A stretch of DNA of 64,000 bases. Origin: Eledone cirrhosa (taxonomy: Eukaryota). Where the stretch lies: contig OZ024743.1 of assembly GCA_964016885.1 (NCBI GenBank), positions 116,126,001-116,190,000 on the forward strand. Direction: 5' to 3'. Numbering within the stretch: position 1 is the stretch's first letter; every line of letters begins with the position of its first letter. Both the position numbers and the translations under genes were made by a program. Of the stretch, positions 38,369-52,915 are shown piece after piece. The notes beneath the pieces were generated by a model, which was given only the letters and a program-made list of their open reading frames with translations, was not told the origin of the DNA and made no database searches.

Positions 38369-38483
38369 CAGGATACTATTTATGGTTATGTGTATTTTAA
38401 ACTTTTTATAGTTATGTATATTTTAAACCCTAAACAGTGAAGGTCAGTAATTTATTTCTACGTTATTACCAGTAAGATAAATA

Positions 38484-38529
<46 letters not shown>

Positions 38530-38556
38530 CCAGTAAGATAAATATATATACATATA

Positions 38557-38872
38557 TGATGGCTGCACCCTCGTTATCGAGTATGGCCATTGCACGATAT
38601 ACCTTTATTATTAATTAATAATTAATTCTATCGTGTAATGCCTGTGCGTGAAGATATTTTTTAACGTGAGGAAGACTCTGCACTGAGCCAATCCCACTCT
38701 CTGAGCGACAGTAGCTATAACCCGAAAAGAAGAAAAGATCAACATCATCGGTAACTACTGAGCCGCAGGTTTTATATCGGATTTATCCCAGTTTCCTGAG
38801 TTACCTTCTCCTAGAAGAATGCCCTGAAAAACGATAGGGGTCCTTCACTCCCAGTGTTTTTACCGTGCTATC
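38557..38872 (-). mobile_element. Dispersed repeat, copy 2 (inverted relative to 35815)
   Basis: Reverse complement of 35815-36135. Confidence 0.8.
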
Positions 38873-38932
38873 GTCTGGCCAGCCCAACTATCTCTATGCC
38901 CCCGCGCATTTACATACACATGCAATATATAC

Positions 38933-38999
<67 letters not shown>

Positions 39000-39000
<1 letters not shown>

Positions 39001-41300
39001 TAGTCTTAGATTCTTCCACACAGTTCGCTGCATCGAGCAGTACGTACTCGCTAACGGTCACGATCAGTGGCTGCTTTTTCACATTTTGGCCAGGCCGTAC
39101 CTGCGCTCCACGACCATTCTCCGCGTCCATCGTCCATGACTCGGCTCTCCGCAGGATTTCCTCGTTTCACACTCGGTCGTGCCAGGACACACGAAGGATT
39201 ATCCGCAGAAACCGCTGGTGGAAAGTCTTCAGCCGTCTCTATATCTTTGCCGTGCTATTCCATGTTTCGCTCGCGTAAAGCAATGTCGGCAGCACGATGG
39301 TCTTGCACAGGCGCAGCTTGGTCCTAATGGTGATGCATGAAGACGACCATAATGGGCGCAACCGCAGGAAAACTTTGGTTCCATTGCCAATCCAACAGTT
39401 GATGTCCAGCTCTTCGTCGCCTTTGTTGCCATGATGCTGCCCAGATAGGTGAAATGATCGACTTCCCCCAGGTCTTGTTGGTTGACTCTGATCGCTGGAC
39501 CTGCGTTCTTAACTGTTATCATCACCTTGGTCTTTTTGGTGTTGATTCTCAGGCCGATCTTTTCCACACTCTCTTGCAGGGATATTGTAGGGCTTGTAGA
39601 TGTGCACTGTCTTCAGCGATCAAAGCTATGTCGTCGGCGAATGCCATTTCCCTCAGCCTTGACTGGCATGACCATGGGATTCCGTGACCGGATCCTTGCT
39701 CTATTCCGCTTAACACGAAATCGGCTGCCCACACGAACAGCGGAGAGAGATGCAACCCTGTCAGACTCCGGAGATAATGTCAAAGAATTCTGTCACACAG
39801 ATTTAGTTCGCCCGTAGCAGCTGGAGTTTGCGTATAGGGCCTCGAAAATGGCGAATAATCTTGCAGGAATGCCGTATGAGTGCGCGATATTCCACAGCGA
39901 TTCCCGATTCACACTGTCGAATGCCTTCTGGAAATCAATGAATTTGACCGCCAAATGTTGTTTGAGCTCAACGCATTGTTCGAGTATGTTGCGTAGTGTG
40001 TAGATCTGTTTGGAGCAAGATCGATTGTTTCGGAAGCCGGCTTGTTCTTCCTGGAGTACAGAGTTGACAGCCTGCAGGAATCGACCCAGCAGCATAGAGC
40101 AGAACGCTTTGCCTGAAACTGACACCAACGTGATACAGCACTAATTGTTGCAATCGGCTAAATTTCCCTTCTTCGGCAGTCTGACGATGACACCAAGTTG
40201 ACACTCAAGAGGAAGCGGACCAGTCTTCCAGCAGTGGTTCATCATGTATGTCAACGCCGTCATCATGCTATCCTCACCGAATTTGAGCAACTCTGTAGTG
40301 ATCTCATCCAGCCTGCTTTGCCGTTCCTCAAGTCACTGATCGCATCTCTCGTCTCCTGCTTGGTGAGTTGGTCCTCGCAGACCCTGAGTACCGTAGCGGC
40401 TGTGGAGTCTGCGGTCAAGTCTATCAGGTCGACTGGATTTGGTTGGTTCAGCTTCTCCCGGAATTTCTCCATCCATCTCTTGTCCTGTTCTGCTCCAGTG
40501 GTCAATGTGCTGCAATTGTTGTCCTTCACTAACATGTTGGCACCGTTCGTCTCTCCCATCAACTCCCTCACTATGCAGAACAGTCTTTTTGTGTTGTTGC
40601 GACCAGCAGCTTCTTCTGCCTCGGCACCTTTTTTCTCCAGCCAGACGCATTTGTCCCTTTCAACAGCTTCGCTTTACTAGTCGGTCAATTTGATGGTATG
40701 CGGCATCTCTTGTTTCTTGGTCTTCCTCCCATCTGGCAGAATCTCGCTCATCCTTCTCCTTCTTTCGTTCATCAATCAGGTCCCATGTTTGCTTCAGGAA
40801 GCATTGTTCTTTCCTCATTCCTCGCCTTAGACCAACAGTTTCTTGTGCTGCTTCAGTCACTGATATCGCAAACATCGCCCACTGATCTTCCAGATCTGCA
40901 GTCTCGATCAGCTGCTGGAATCGGTTGTGCAGCGCCAGTTGGTACAGTGGCACTTGACCAATATCGTTCAGTTTCTCCACTGCATACGCTTTCTCTCTTT
41001 CCTGTCCTGTTCGTTTCTTTAGGCGCAGCTGACGTTCGGCATCTAGTATACTCTGACGTCGCGCATCGAGAACCTCCAGCGCTGGTTGATGCAGACACAG
41101 TCGATTTCGTTGTGCCTTTTCTGGTCCGGAGACTGCCAAGTGGCTTTGTGAGTCGCCTCATGTTCGAAGTAGATGATGCTGATGCACAAGCTGTTGATAG
41201 GACAAAAGAGCTGCAGTATCTCCCCGTTGTTCGATTGACTGCAACAGATAGGGACTGGAACAGGTCAAAGGGCCGTTCGGTTCTGCTGCAGTCACCACGG
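39000..41300 (-). mobile_element. RTE-clade LINE fragment (EN end and RT)
   Basis: [65 protein letters not shown]. Confidence 0.92.
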
Positions 41301-41314
41301 ATATAATTTATATA

Positions 41315-41360
<46 letters not shown>

Positions 41361-41404
41361 TATATATATACGTATATATACATATAGATATATAGATATA
41401 TACG

Positions 41405-41444
<40 letters not shown>

Positions 41445-41537
41445 ACCAAAGATTAGTATGGTTCATTGATTACTCAACGAATACAATTTTACAATAGATT
41501 AGAAGCACTCAACAAAGAGTTTTCCATGAGTTTTTAA

Positions 41538-41840
<303 letters not shown>

Positions 41841-42318
41841 CCAAAGAATAATATGGTTCGTTGATTACTCAATGAATACAATTTTGAATTGATTGGATAT
41901 CCTATTTGATCTAGCATTTGAAAGCAACGGTTTTTTCTCTATCCCCCTCTATTTGATGTTCCATTAATTTTCTTTATTTTCTTTACCCCCCCCCCCCTCT
42001 GTTCGCTTTACTTTCCCTACATATACCCTCTTTTGTCGTTATTCCTCTTTTCTTTTTTATATATTGCTTTTACTCATTCATCCATTTATTTTTTATTCAT
42101 TTATCTATTTATGTATGTATTTTTTTATTTATTTTTTTATTGCCTTTCCTCTTCTTTACACCCTCTCTCATATCTCTAATATGTTCTACATCCTTTTCTT
42201 CATTAAGTTTATCATATTATTTGTGGTATATATACATTGAGATTTGATGAAATCACTATCAATACTGGAATTGAATAATCAAGACCGTAACGGTATGTCA
42301 TATATCAAATCATATAAT

Positions 42319-42380
42319 TTGTCTGATGAGGCCGTACTGAAAAAAAACAACACAGTACCATTGAAATATATATAATAAAG
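42319..42380 (+). ncRNA. HHR, TATATA-helix-III family
   Basis: TTTGT-CTGATGA-GGCC-GTACTG..CAGTAC-CATT-GAAA-TATATA-T-A-ATAAA. Confidence 0.7.
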
Positions 42381-42425
42381 TATATATTTTGATTATGAGG
42401 ATATTTTTCATTTGTTAATATATTG

Positions 42426-42487
<62 letters not shown>

Positions 42488-43059
42488 GGGTGTTGACTAC
42501 TATATGACTGGTGGGCAATGTAGTGCTTAAAATTACAGAAAGGAAATACAACGGAGAGAAACATTTTATTGAGTTCTATAATCCATTGCATTTTATTTTA
42601 ATTGGAGATTTAATGTAATGCGGAGTTCAATGGATATTGGATACTATGTTTGCCTAGCCAAACAACCGGGATGATTAGATTTGACACGCTATAGAAGCAC
42701 TAGATCTCTTGTTGCATTATAGAGTATTTCAATCTCTAGAAATCTCAAACCCGGTAAAAGCTAACTCCTCTATCACCCTGCAAGAAATATATATCATTCC
42801 CACGCACTATTACGGAACTAATAATGAACAGTTCAGAATTTGATTCAGGTTTAAGGTGGTGATCTAGTAAAAAGCTGTGCTTTATAGGTGAAATCAGGCA
42901 ATGCTATCCATTTTATGTATCCATATGTTTAGGAAACTATAATCATTCCTACCCTCTCTAAATAACAAAAACGTCATGCATGTTAATTACTTATATAACG
43001 ACCGGGGAATGCGAAACATCACAGAGAAATCTTAGAAATATATATTATTGAAAGCTGAA

Positions 43060-43252
43060 GGGCGGTGGATTGGCAGTATCAGTAGAGAGTCGGACGCCAT
43101 GCTTTCCAGCATAGTTACGACCCTTTACGGTCTGAGTTCAAATCCCGCCGAGGTTAACTTTGCCTTTCATCCTTATGGGGGTCGATAATATAAAGTACCA
43201 GTAATGCACTGGATAATTACTGGCCTTGTGCCAAAAGTAGAAACAATTATTT
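43060..43252 (+). mobile_element. tRNA-derived SINE, full length
   Basis: Same family as 5045. Confidence 0.88.
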
Positions 43253-43958
43253 AAAGCTGAAGCTATTTATAATATATTGACTATGTCAGTATGTTTACTG
43301 GCTGGTTTAAAATATCAGTTCTGTTTCGAAATTCATCCAATAAATTGATAAATGACTGAAAGCATAGAAGAAATTATATTCTTAAAAGTAGATCTATTTC
43401 TTTCGATTTGACGTACTCTACCCGTTCATTATTACAATCTGAAATATTTTACTTACGGATGCCAATGTACAATGCAGTATCACGAAGTTTCTATATGACG
43501 GCAGAACTGTAATTTTTAATAATAATGGCATTTCTAATAATAATAGAAAAAATACCAACATTTTATTTTCTAAAATAATTTCTTGATAATAACACAAATG
43601 ACTAATTGTGATACACAGCAAGAAAATAACAAAATAGATCAATTACGCACCTTAACGATTCCATTAGTATGGGAATACAGTGTAAAAAAATGAAAAATGA
43701 AAATAGCAAACAAGCTTTTAATACTGGACCTATCATTATCCAGGATTTCAAAAATCGTTATTTCAAAACCGGATATAAAGTTACCCACTATCAATTTGAA
43801 TGTAAATTGAAACGACTAAAATATGTATTATTTCAATACCGGTCATAGCGCTATCATAGTGAAGCAATGTGAAGAAACAATATTGCAATACCGGATGTAC
43901 TGTCGCATATGATTTAAAGAAATTACTTATAACCCGTTTATACAAGTTGAAAGAATAC

Positions 43959-44106
43959 CTTGATCTCTGGCAATGGCATCCATAGTGATAGACAGGGACA
44001 CTGGTCTCCGAAACATTTCTGGCCAATCAATTCTGTTAGGCAGTGAAACGTAGTAGTGTCTGCAGGCTGGAAGAGGAGATGGGCATCGCTAACCCTTTTT
44101 AAGGCT
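43959..44106 (-). CDS. Candidate internal host exon (148 nt)
   Basis: TTTCTAG| acceptor, AAG|GTATTC donor; open frame ALKRVSDAHLLFQPADTTTFHCLTELIGQKCFGDQCPCLSLWMPLPEIK; GC-richer unique sequence; alternative acceptors possible. Confidence 0.35.
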
Positions 44107-45329
44107 CTAGAAATGTGCGCGCGCGTTTGTGTATGTGTGTGTGTGTGTGTATGTGTGTGTGTGTGTATTTGTGTGTGTAGCTCGAAATCCCTAGATTGTT
44201 ATTAAGCTGCTTCTGCTGGAATCCGCTAGACGGCGGTGCCCATCAGCATTTCAATATCCATAGCTGGGCTTTCAAAATGGTTATTTATTAAACGTTCCGT
44301 ATATCTTTAGATATAAGAAATTCGCATATATGTATGTATACAACTATGCTAAAGTTAAACTTGATTGAATGATTTTCCTGAACTCTTCATCTCCAAAGGG
44401 CTCCGGGTCATTAATTTGGAGAAGGTAGAATCGTCAACTATAGCAAATGCACTACTTAACTTGTAATGTCTTTTATCAAAGTAGTGCCATTATTCCCAGG
44501 TTCCTATTAAATGAACATGAAAAACACGAACGACCGAATCACATCCGAACAATTCAAAGTGCTTCATGTTCTTTGCGAAGTAATAGGCCAGATGAAATCT
44601 TTCACACTAAATGTTTATATTTAATCTGAATGTGGCTTCCCTCAGTACTAAAATATACCTAATATTTTACATAATCACAAGCATATCATCATGAGGTGAC
44701 AGATTCAATGCTTCAATGTCATATATATGAAAAATATGCAAGCACGTATGATGGCCTTTACGGGTGAGTTATTTCGTTAATGAGAAAATAAGTGCTTATT
44801 AATTATATTACAATGTTTCAGAGTCTGCCAAATATATCACAGAATAAAGAAACCTTTAGTCACTCGATAGTGGGGAATTCTTTCATAAATAGTGATGGAT
44901 TTACATGCAAGTATTCAGGAATATCCGATATTTTGTTCAAACTGGTTAAGTTACACATAGTAATCTATACTTGACTGTCAATAGATGATTTAATTAGAAA
45001 TTTCCAACCTAGAGTTACGTGCATCGAACAACACTTGTAAAGGCGGACACCACACACACACATATATAGATATGAATATGTGTGTTTATTTAATTATTAT
45101 AGTGTCCCAAACTCCCCTATGGTCGAGTTAACCACGAGTGTATTACCTGCTTTTTCTAGCAAATACGTTATTCGCACACTGTCCAACTTACTACCCTTCT
45201 GTGACCACTATATCATGTGTTTATCTCTCTCCTCGCCTCTCGAGAAATTCTCACTTGCTACGAAAGAAACAATCTTTTTTTTTACCGCTTTATCACGTGT
45301 TAATCTCTCCCTCGGCCCCTGGTGAAATG

Positions 45330-45790
45330 TAATATAGAGATTGTAATATGTATTAAGGTATGGAATAGAGTAGTATAGAAAATGTATTGCATTATGTAAC
45401 TGTGAAAAGAGAAAGTGAAAGAAAATATGTACCGAAGCATTTAAATCAAATTAAGGTGGTGGAAAATCTGAAGAATATGTCGAATTTTTTCACTTAGCAT
45501 GTAGTTGGGTGTTGGCACAGAGGCATCCTCGACAAAAGACCCTCCTTGAGTTCAAGTAAATATTGTTCGGAGTTGGCAAATCTTGTAATATCATAAATTT
45601 CTGACTCACACAAAGAAGACACCCCTTGCTATATTTGGCGTAAGGAGTGGATCTTTCAAGTATCTTCCAAGAGAACTTATGTGGGACTCCTTTTTCCTTT
45701 AATTGCCAGAATTCTTCTGCCAGAGCTGTATTCCTTCTCATATCAGAATTCATGACACGAGAACCATTAAATATGCCGACGTTGTAGTTG
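45330..45790 (-). mobile_element. PLE GIY-YIG C-terminal fragment
   Basis: TALAEEFWQLKEKG..WKILE..CLLCVSQKFMIL..YLNSR. Confidence 0.75.
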
Positions 45791-46383
45791 TTGTTGGGGG
45801 AGAACTTGGGCCGCTTGTGTGGGACTGGCTAACTCAAACGTGTAATAATAAAATGGATAAATAAAATGAAAAACATATGACGGTAGGCCAGTGAACGGGA
45901 TGATTGTTGTTGCTGCTGCTGCTGTTGCTGTTGTTGTTGTTGCTGGTAGTGGTGGTGGTGGTGGTGTGGTTACTGTCGTGGTTGGTGTGGATAGTGATGT
46001 CCCTGGTGTTTGGCTCTGACTATGATTGTCACAGCAGATTTTTCGCCCACACACCTCTACTAACCCCTACATGTCATCAACACACCACAACATTATATGA
46101 TTGTGGGTGGGTGCCTGTTGGTGCCTCTACATAAATATGTGTGTTTATGCGTCTATATGTGTGTTTGTGTGTACTTATATATATGCATGTATACATATCT
46201 ATATCTCTCTCTCTTTCTCTCTCTCTCTTTCTCTTCTCTCTCGCTCTGTATATATATATATATGTATATATATATATGTATATATATATATGTATATATA
46301 TTTATATATTATATATATGTATATATATATATATAAATATATATACATATATATACATATATATATATATATTACTATATATA

Positions 46384-46575
46384 GGGCGGTGGATTGGCAG
46401 TATATGTAGAGAGTTGGACGCCATGCTTTCCAGCATAGTTACGTCCCTTTACGATCTGAGTTCAAATCCCGCCGAGGTTAACTTTGCCTTTCATCCTTAC
46501 GGGGTCGATAAAATAAAGTACCAGTAATGTACTGGATAATTGCTGGCCTTGTGCCAAATGTAGAAACAATTATTA
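46384..46575 (+). mobile_element. tRNA-derived SINE, full length
   Basis: Same family as 5045 and 43060. Confidence 0.88.
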
Positions 46576-46844
46576 CTATATATGTATATATATATATATA
46601 TATAAATATAATATAAATATAATTATAATATATATATTTATATATCTATATATTATAGGTAGCAATGGTTATATATATATAACCATTGCTACTAATGTGG
46701 CAATGGTTATATATATATATAAATATATATAACCATTGCCACACGCCTTCCAACTTGACCGTGACTACGTCACGATTTTTAGTCATTTTGAAATGGATTA
46801 TTGGCGCGATCGTTTTAGAAAATTTAATGTCTAGATATGAGCGA

Positions 46845-46932
46845 GCTTCCTGAAGAATCCGGCGCTCGAGTTTATATAATTATTATATAATTATTGGAAA
46901 ACTCAAAACACGGACGAAACCATGGTAGAGGT
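46845..46932 (+). ncRNA. HHR with extended helix II, in a pLTR-like element (~46658-47190)
   Basis: GCTTC-CTGAAGA-A-TCCG..GAGTTT..AAACTC..CGGA-C-GAAA-CCATGG-T-A-GAGGT. Confidence 0.8.
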
Positions 46933-47197
46933 ATTTGAATGCATTCTATTTTCTCCTAGTTTATTTTAAACCTAATGCTGCTTAGTTGACTGTATCTAGG
47001 CGATTAAGCTGTCGAAATATTCGATAAATATTCCACTACGGCCGACGCGAAGCGTTAGTTTGGTTATTTGTTGTAGATTCCTTCATAGAAGCCTCAGTCG
47101 TATAGCCTGGTCTATTCGATTTTTTATATAGTTAATTATGCTAATTGGGAGAGGAAATAGTATATATTTTATCTTGTGATTCTATAGACATGTTTTA

Positions 47198-47393
<196 letters not shown>

Positions 47394-47419
47394 GTATATA
47401 TATATATATACGTGTTGAA

Positions 47420-49125
47420 GTTTCCGTTGAAAAGGTCAGAGGAATGAAGAGTGCTCTATGTATGTTACATAGCTAAATATTTAATGTATAATAAACAATA
47501 CAATATAATTACATCATTACCAGAGGTTTCCCGAATAAGACGAATACAAGAAACATCTGCATTCGTTCGTCAGACAATGCAATTTAAAACATAGTGAAAT
47601 ATTTGAAATCTCCTCAAGAACGGCTAAAAGTTTAACGGGCAAAAAATAAATAAAAGTAAGAATACAAGCAATGTATAAAAAATAAAAATAAAGAAATATA
47701 GTAAGTGGATGTGTGTAAATGTGTGTATACGCACATTCATATGTACATATGTACATGTGTGTGCATGTACAACTACATGTGTATAGTGAAAAAATGTGCG
47801 CGTAAGTACATACATGAGGGCAAACATATTAGTGTATGTGTGACCACAAATACATATATATGTTGAAAATAGAAATAGTAAGATAATAGAGTTAGCGTAC
47901 GTGCAGACTCAGGGACTAAGGGGTGAACAATATACACGCACAAGGATGAAAGAACGCACGCGTATAAACATACACACACGCGCAACCACATACATGTATG
48001 TGCTATATACAGGGAAGGGAGTGTATAAAGTCAACACAGTGTCAGACGGCAGGTCGATACAAATATAAAATATGATGAATAAATGAAATAATAATAAGAT
48101 AAGAATAACAAATTAAGGCAAAGAGAAAGTAAGTGGGAGGGGTTGTAATATATAAAGTAACACTAGAAAAAATAAATAAGAAGTAGAATACATGCATATA
48201 CGCGAACAAGCTCATACGCACATACATATATATAAATATATATACATACAGACAAAAACACGTGCACAAAAACATACATACACATACACGCATACAGACA
48301 TATACACGCATACATACATATACACATATACATACATACATGCACATCTATTCACACGCACGCACGCGACCACATTTATATATATATAAGTATATATATA
48401 TATATGTGAAAACACATACATAAACGCACACACACACACATGCTCACATACACGCACATATACGAATGCGTTCATATACAAACACGTATACAACATACAT
48501 GCACACATACGCATACGTACATATATAAAATTTAAAAAAAACGTATGAATAAATGGGTACAAAATATACGCAAGTATACATACATAAAACGGCTGAGGGG
48601 CAACGCAAAATATCTGGTGTTAAAAATACGAGTGACATGTGATGTCTGGTAGTGAAAGAAAAGGGGGTAGTAAAATAAATGTAAATAATGTATAATTGTT
48701 AAGATATAAAATTAATGAATCAAATAGCTGGGGAGTGGGGTTCACTAGTGGATGTAAAGTGAAAATAAAATTAAAATAAAAGTAAAACTGAATAAGAAGT
48801 CTATAAAGAAGGTAAGTTAAGGAAAGTGAAGAACAAGCGTTTATGGAGGATAAGTGTCTGAAAGGGAATTAAGTTTATATGAGCTTCAAAGCAAGTGTGA
48901 TTTCATGTGTGGGTAACTGGTGAAAATTTCTGTTTTTGCATTTAGGCAGGTTTTTGGCGATTTAAGGTTATGTAAAATCAAATATTTTTCACTTATGCTG
49001 ATATTCAGTTTTTGGTTTTGCTTGATTAACAAGCAGCTCGGGCTTGAGTCGGGTCTATAGCATTTACAAACGGCTATAAATGTGCATAATCATTGGAAAC
49101 TTTAATATGAAACCTTGTTTAATTA
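47420..49125 (-). mobile_element. PLE 3' fragment: EN C-terminus, long TG-rich UTR, HHR at 47512-47579
   Basis: SEKYLILHNL..CLNAKTEIFTSYPHMKSHLL*; CATTGT-CTGACGA-A-CGAAT..ATTCG..GAAA-CCTCTGG-T-A-ATGATG. Confidence 0.72.
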
Positions 49126-49742
49126 TTTATATATATGTGTGTGTGTGTGTGCGAACGGGCGCGTGTGTGTCTGTTGGTGTTTATGTCAACAATTTCTAAA
49201 GTCAACTGTCCCTAAAACTTAGTCATTTCAATGAAAGGATAATATATATTATTAAATGTTGTAGTCAAAGAAGTTATCAAATATATGAAATTTATTCCAA
49301 AATCTTTAATTGAGAGAATATAAGATAGACTGACTAAAAGAAGACCAGCGTTTCTGAAGATCTGCAGTTCAGAAAACGACGTTGGAATAACAAATATTGG
49401 AAGAATTACAATTCCGGCATCGGGAAGAGAATTTTGGGGAATAAACGAAGTTTAGCATATATCATACATACCATATCATTGCCAAACCACATCGTGTCCA
49501 ACATGTTGTGTCGCTGAATCACTATATGAATATATCCCACTCAATGTTTGAAGACAACACGACAGGCGTATATTGATACTGTAAAAAGTCGCCAACATCG
49601 TCTAAATCAGCTCAACAATAAAGGTGCAGTTGATCAATTTAAAATTCGTACACATGTCAATGAAAGGATAAGACATATAAAAAAATGTTCTACTCGGAGA
49701 ATTACAAGAATGCAGTAACATTAAGCCATATATATATATATA

Positions 49743-49850
<108 letters not shown>

Positions 49851-49852
49851 CA

Positions 49853-50188
49853 TGCACACATATATACATGTACGTATGGATTCACCGAACATTTATTATA
49901 ATGCTCGGTGTGTTTGTAAACAAACATCCCGTATTAAGCCGTAGTGTCCGGCAACCATTAATATGCATAAAGTAAGTATATACGTTCAACAATCTGGCAG
50001 GAAGCTATACGTTGCTGACGATAGCTAATAAGCTTGAAACTAGTACAGCGTTCCGTTGTCAGTTTTGAACAAACGAGCAACGATGGTTGCTGGACACTAC
50101 GGCTTAATACGGGATGTTTGTTTACAAACACACTGAGCATTATAATAAATGTTCGGTGAATCCATACGTACATGTATATATGTGTGCA
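49853..50188 (+). mobile_element. Inverted-repeat element with HHR in the spacer
   Basis: ~105-bp arms 49853-49958 / 50083-50188 flanked by (TA)n. Confidence 0.8.
50009..50051 (+). ncRNA. Minimal type-I hammerhead ribozyme
   Basis: ACGTTG-CTGACGA-T-AGCT-AATA-AGCT-T-GAAA-CTAG-T-A-CAGCGT. Confidence 0.87.
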
Positions 50189-50256
50189 TATATGTATATA
50201 TTTATATATACATACTACTGTACGTCTGTATATATATATGTATGTACGTGTACATA

Positions 50257-50309
<53 letters not shown>

Positions 50310-50318
<9 letters not shown>

Positions 50319-51795
50319 AAGGAGGTAGAACACTGGAAGGTCATATCCGTAGTGGTAGAGCACTATAGTTTGGTAGAAGTAGTAACACATCAGTTAGTTC
50401 ACCATACCGAGAACAATTGTTTCACCTTAAGTGGATATTCAGCTCGGAGGTGTAATGGTTATACAGAACAGGAAGAACAACCGTATCAAGGCGTATACGC
50501 AGAAACGTTCACTTCACCCAGGCGATACAAAACCACGGGCGAAATGTGTAATGGAGATAACTGCGATTGTCCGGAATAATATGTTCGAGTTGATTAGGAA
50601 ATTAGAATGTTGTTGTTATTCAATCCGGTGCTTTGTAGATATGCAAGAGGTGTTTCCAGACATGTGGACAAAGTGAGAAGATTACATTTCGTGAATTACT
50701 GTTTTTAGAAACTTCGTAAATAATATCAGTACTAGAATCTCTAACCTCTCCTCTAATTTGGCTATATTTGACAGAGCGGCCCACTACTATAACACAGAGT
50801 TAGCTTACAGCGGCTTCTCGCTACCAATTACTTACCACTCCACTAACAACAGCAGCTATAAGAACAGAAATTGTAACAATAGACAAAATATCTGGTTCTC
50901 TCCTCCCTTCTCACTCAACGTTAAAACTAATGTAGGAAAAACATTTTCAGCCGTCTTAGATACACACTTTCCCATAGGTCACAAATACCGCTCCATGTTT
51001 ACCAGACACAGAGTAAAACTAGGGTACTACTGCGCTAAGAATATGAAGGCCCACATCACCAACAGTCCTAAGAGCGGCTTCTCAGCAGGATGCTCTTGCC
51101 GAAAGCCTAAAGCTTGTCCCCCTCAACAGCAATACAACACACCCGCTGTAGTTTATGAAGCTGTGGTCACTTCCAACCGACCAAATCGACAGGAGGTAAA
51201 ATCTTATATGAGTATGGCGAAGGGCCGATTTAAGGAACGCTTCCTGAACCATCAATCGACCTTTAGGTACCCCGACAAACGACATCCACGATGCTCGCTA
51301 GCCACGTATGGTCCCTCAAAGACTGAGGTATAGACTACTCCATTCAATGGAAAGCTATCACTAAGTCCAAGTCATACAAAAGGAGTAATCCCTCTTGTGG
51401 ATTGTGTATTGAAGAAAGGATAAATATTCTAAGGAGATTACGCAATAGCGATTGTCTAAATTCGAGAAACGAAATCTTGTCACCTTGTTCACATGTCTGG
51501 AAACAGCTCTTGCATAACTACAAAGCTCCGCATTGAATAACAAAAACATTCTAATTTTTAATCAACTCGAACATATTATTCCGGACACTCGCAGTTATCT
51601 CCCTTACACCTTTCGCTCGTGGTTTTGCATCGCATTAGTGAAGTGACTGTGTCTGCGCATGCGCGTTCATACTGTTCTTTTCGTTCATACGGTTCTTTTC
51701 GTTCCGTATAACCATTACCAGTCCGAGCTGAAGATCCGCTTAAGGTGAAACAATTGTTCTCGGTATGGTTAACTAATTGTTGTGTTACTACTTTT
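50310..51795 (+). mobile_element. 5'-truncated PLE (thumb and GIY-YIG) with inverted 5' pLTR
   Basis: IWFSPPFSLNVKTNVGK, CSCRKPKACP, VVYEAVV, FKERFLNHQSTF; 50380-50470 is the inverted repeat of 51700-51790. Confidence 0.88.
51723..51763 (+). ncRNA. Minimal type-I HHR in the 3' pLTR (inverted copy 50407-50447 has CTGAATA)
   Basis: CCGAG-CTGAAGA-T-CC-GCTTAA-GG-T-GAAA-CAATTG-T-T-CTCGG. Confidence 0.87.
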
Positions 51796-51797
51796 AT

Positions 51798-51879
<82 letters not shown>

Positions 51880-52295
51880 TGGCTGCGAACTCGTTTTCGA
51901 GTACGGCCACTACTTTATATCCATGTAGGAGAACCCCTACCGATGCGCTGAACGAGTGTGACTTTTTAGTCCAGCCAGCGACATGAACACTCTGGTACAA
52001 ACACTACACTTGTGACAATTATTGACACATAGTGCTGGGCCCACGGTACCATGTGACGACAAGTGCAGAGTGATCTCCAGATATAAAGCAATGCCTGTGC
52101 CGTGAAGCTGTTGTAGTGAGCAAAGGTATTGCACAAAGCCAGTCCCACTCTCTTAACCAAGATGATATTTACCAAAAAGAAGAGCAAGTCAACATCATTG
52201 GATACCATCAGGGTTGCAGGTGTTATATCAGAGTTTTCCTTCTTCTAGAATTCTGTTTTGACAAAGGCTAAGGGGTCATCTATCGCGGATATATA

Positions 52296-52830
52296 ATGAT
52301 AAGAAACGAAAGGAGCTGTGTGGTTACAACAAAAAAAGGTTCCTTCGTCTGCTGATCCTGGCCTTTTGATTAAGAAAAGACCTCGGGCACACCGCGTATC
52401 GCTACAGATGTCCTGTAAATAAGCACTAAAACATCTGGATCGCGCATTTCAGATGACGAAGGATTATTTCTTCTTTTCTCCGCTTGTTCCGCCCAAACCT
52501 CCATCCTAAACTTTGTTTTTAGTAACCACACAGCTCCTTTGGTTTCTTGCAATTTTTATTTACCGCTGTGACCCTCCGCTACCTGTTTTCTTCGATCTGT
52601 GTTCCCACCACACTTTCGCATCGACTCTCCCCTTCTCACTTCCCTTCTCCTCTTCTCTCTCGTTCTCTCTCTCTCCCTCTCTCTATCCATGCGTTCTGTT
52701 TTGATTGTTGACATGTTTACACGTGTCGCAAAACTCCTCTATTCGCATTCTTTTACGACACATTTTACAACTGTCGTAAAACCCCTTTTGGATTATCTCC
52801 TTTGTCTTCACCCTCTCACTTCCGGTTGCT

Positions 52831-52915
<85 letters not shown>

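Noticed and set aside
49351-49386. CTGAAGA-T-CTG..CAG-AAAA-CGACG-TT
   Set aside because: G12 missing and helix I only wobble pairs; could be chance
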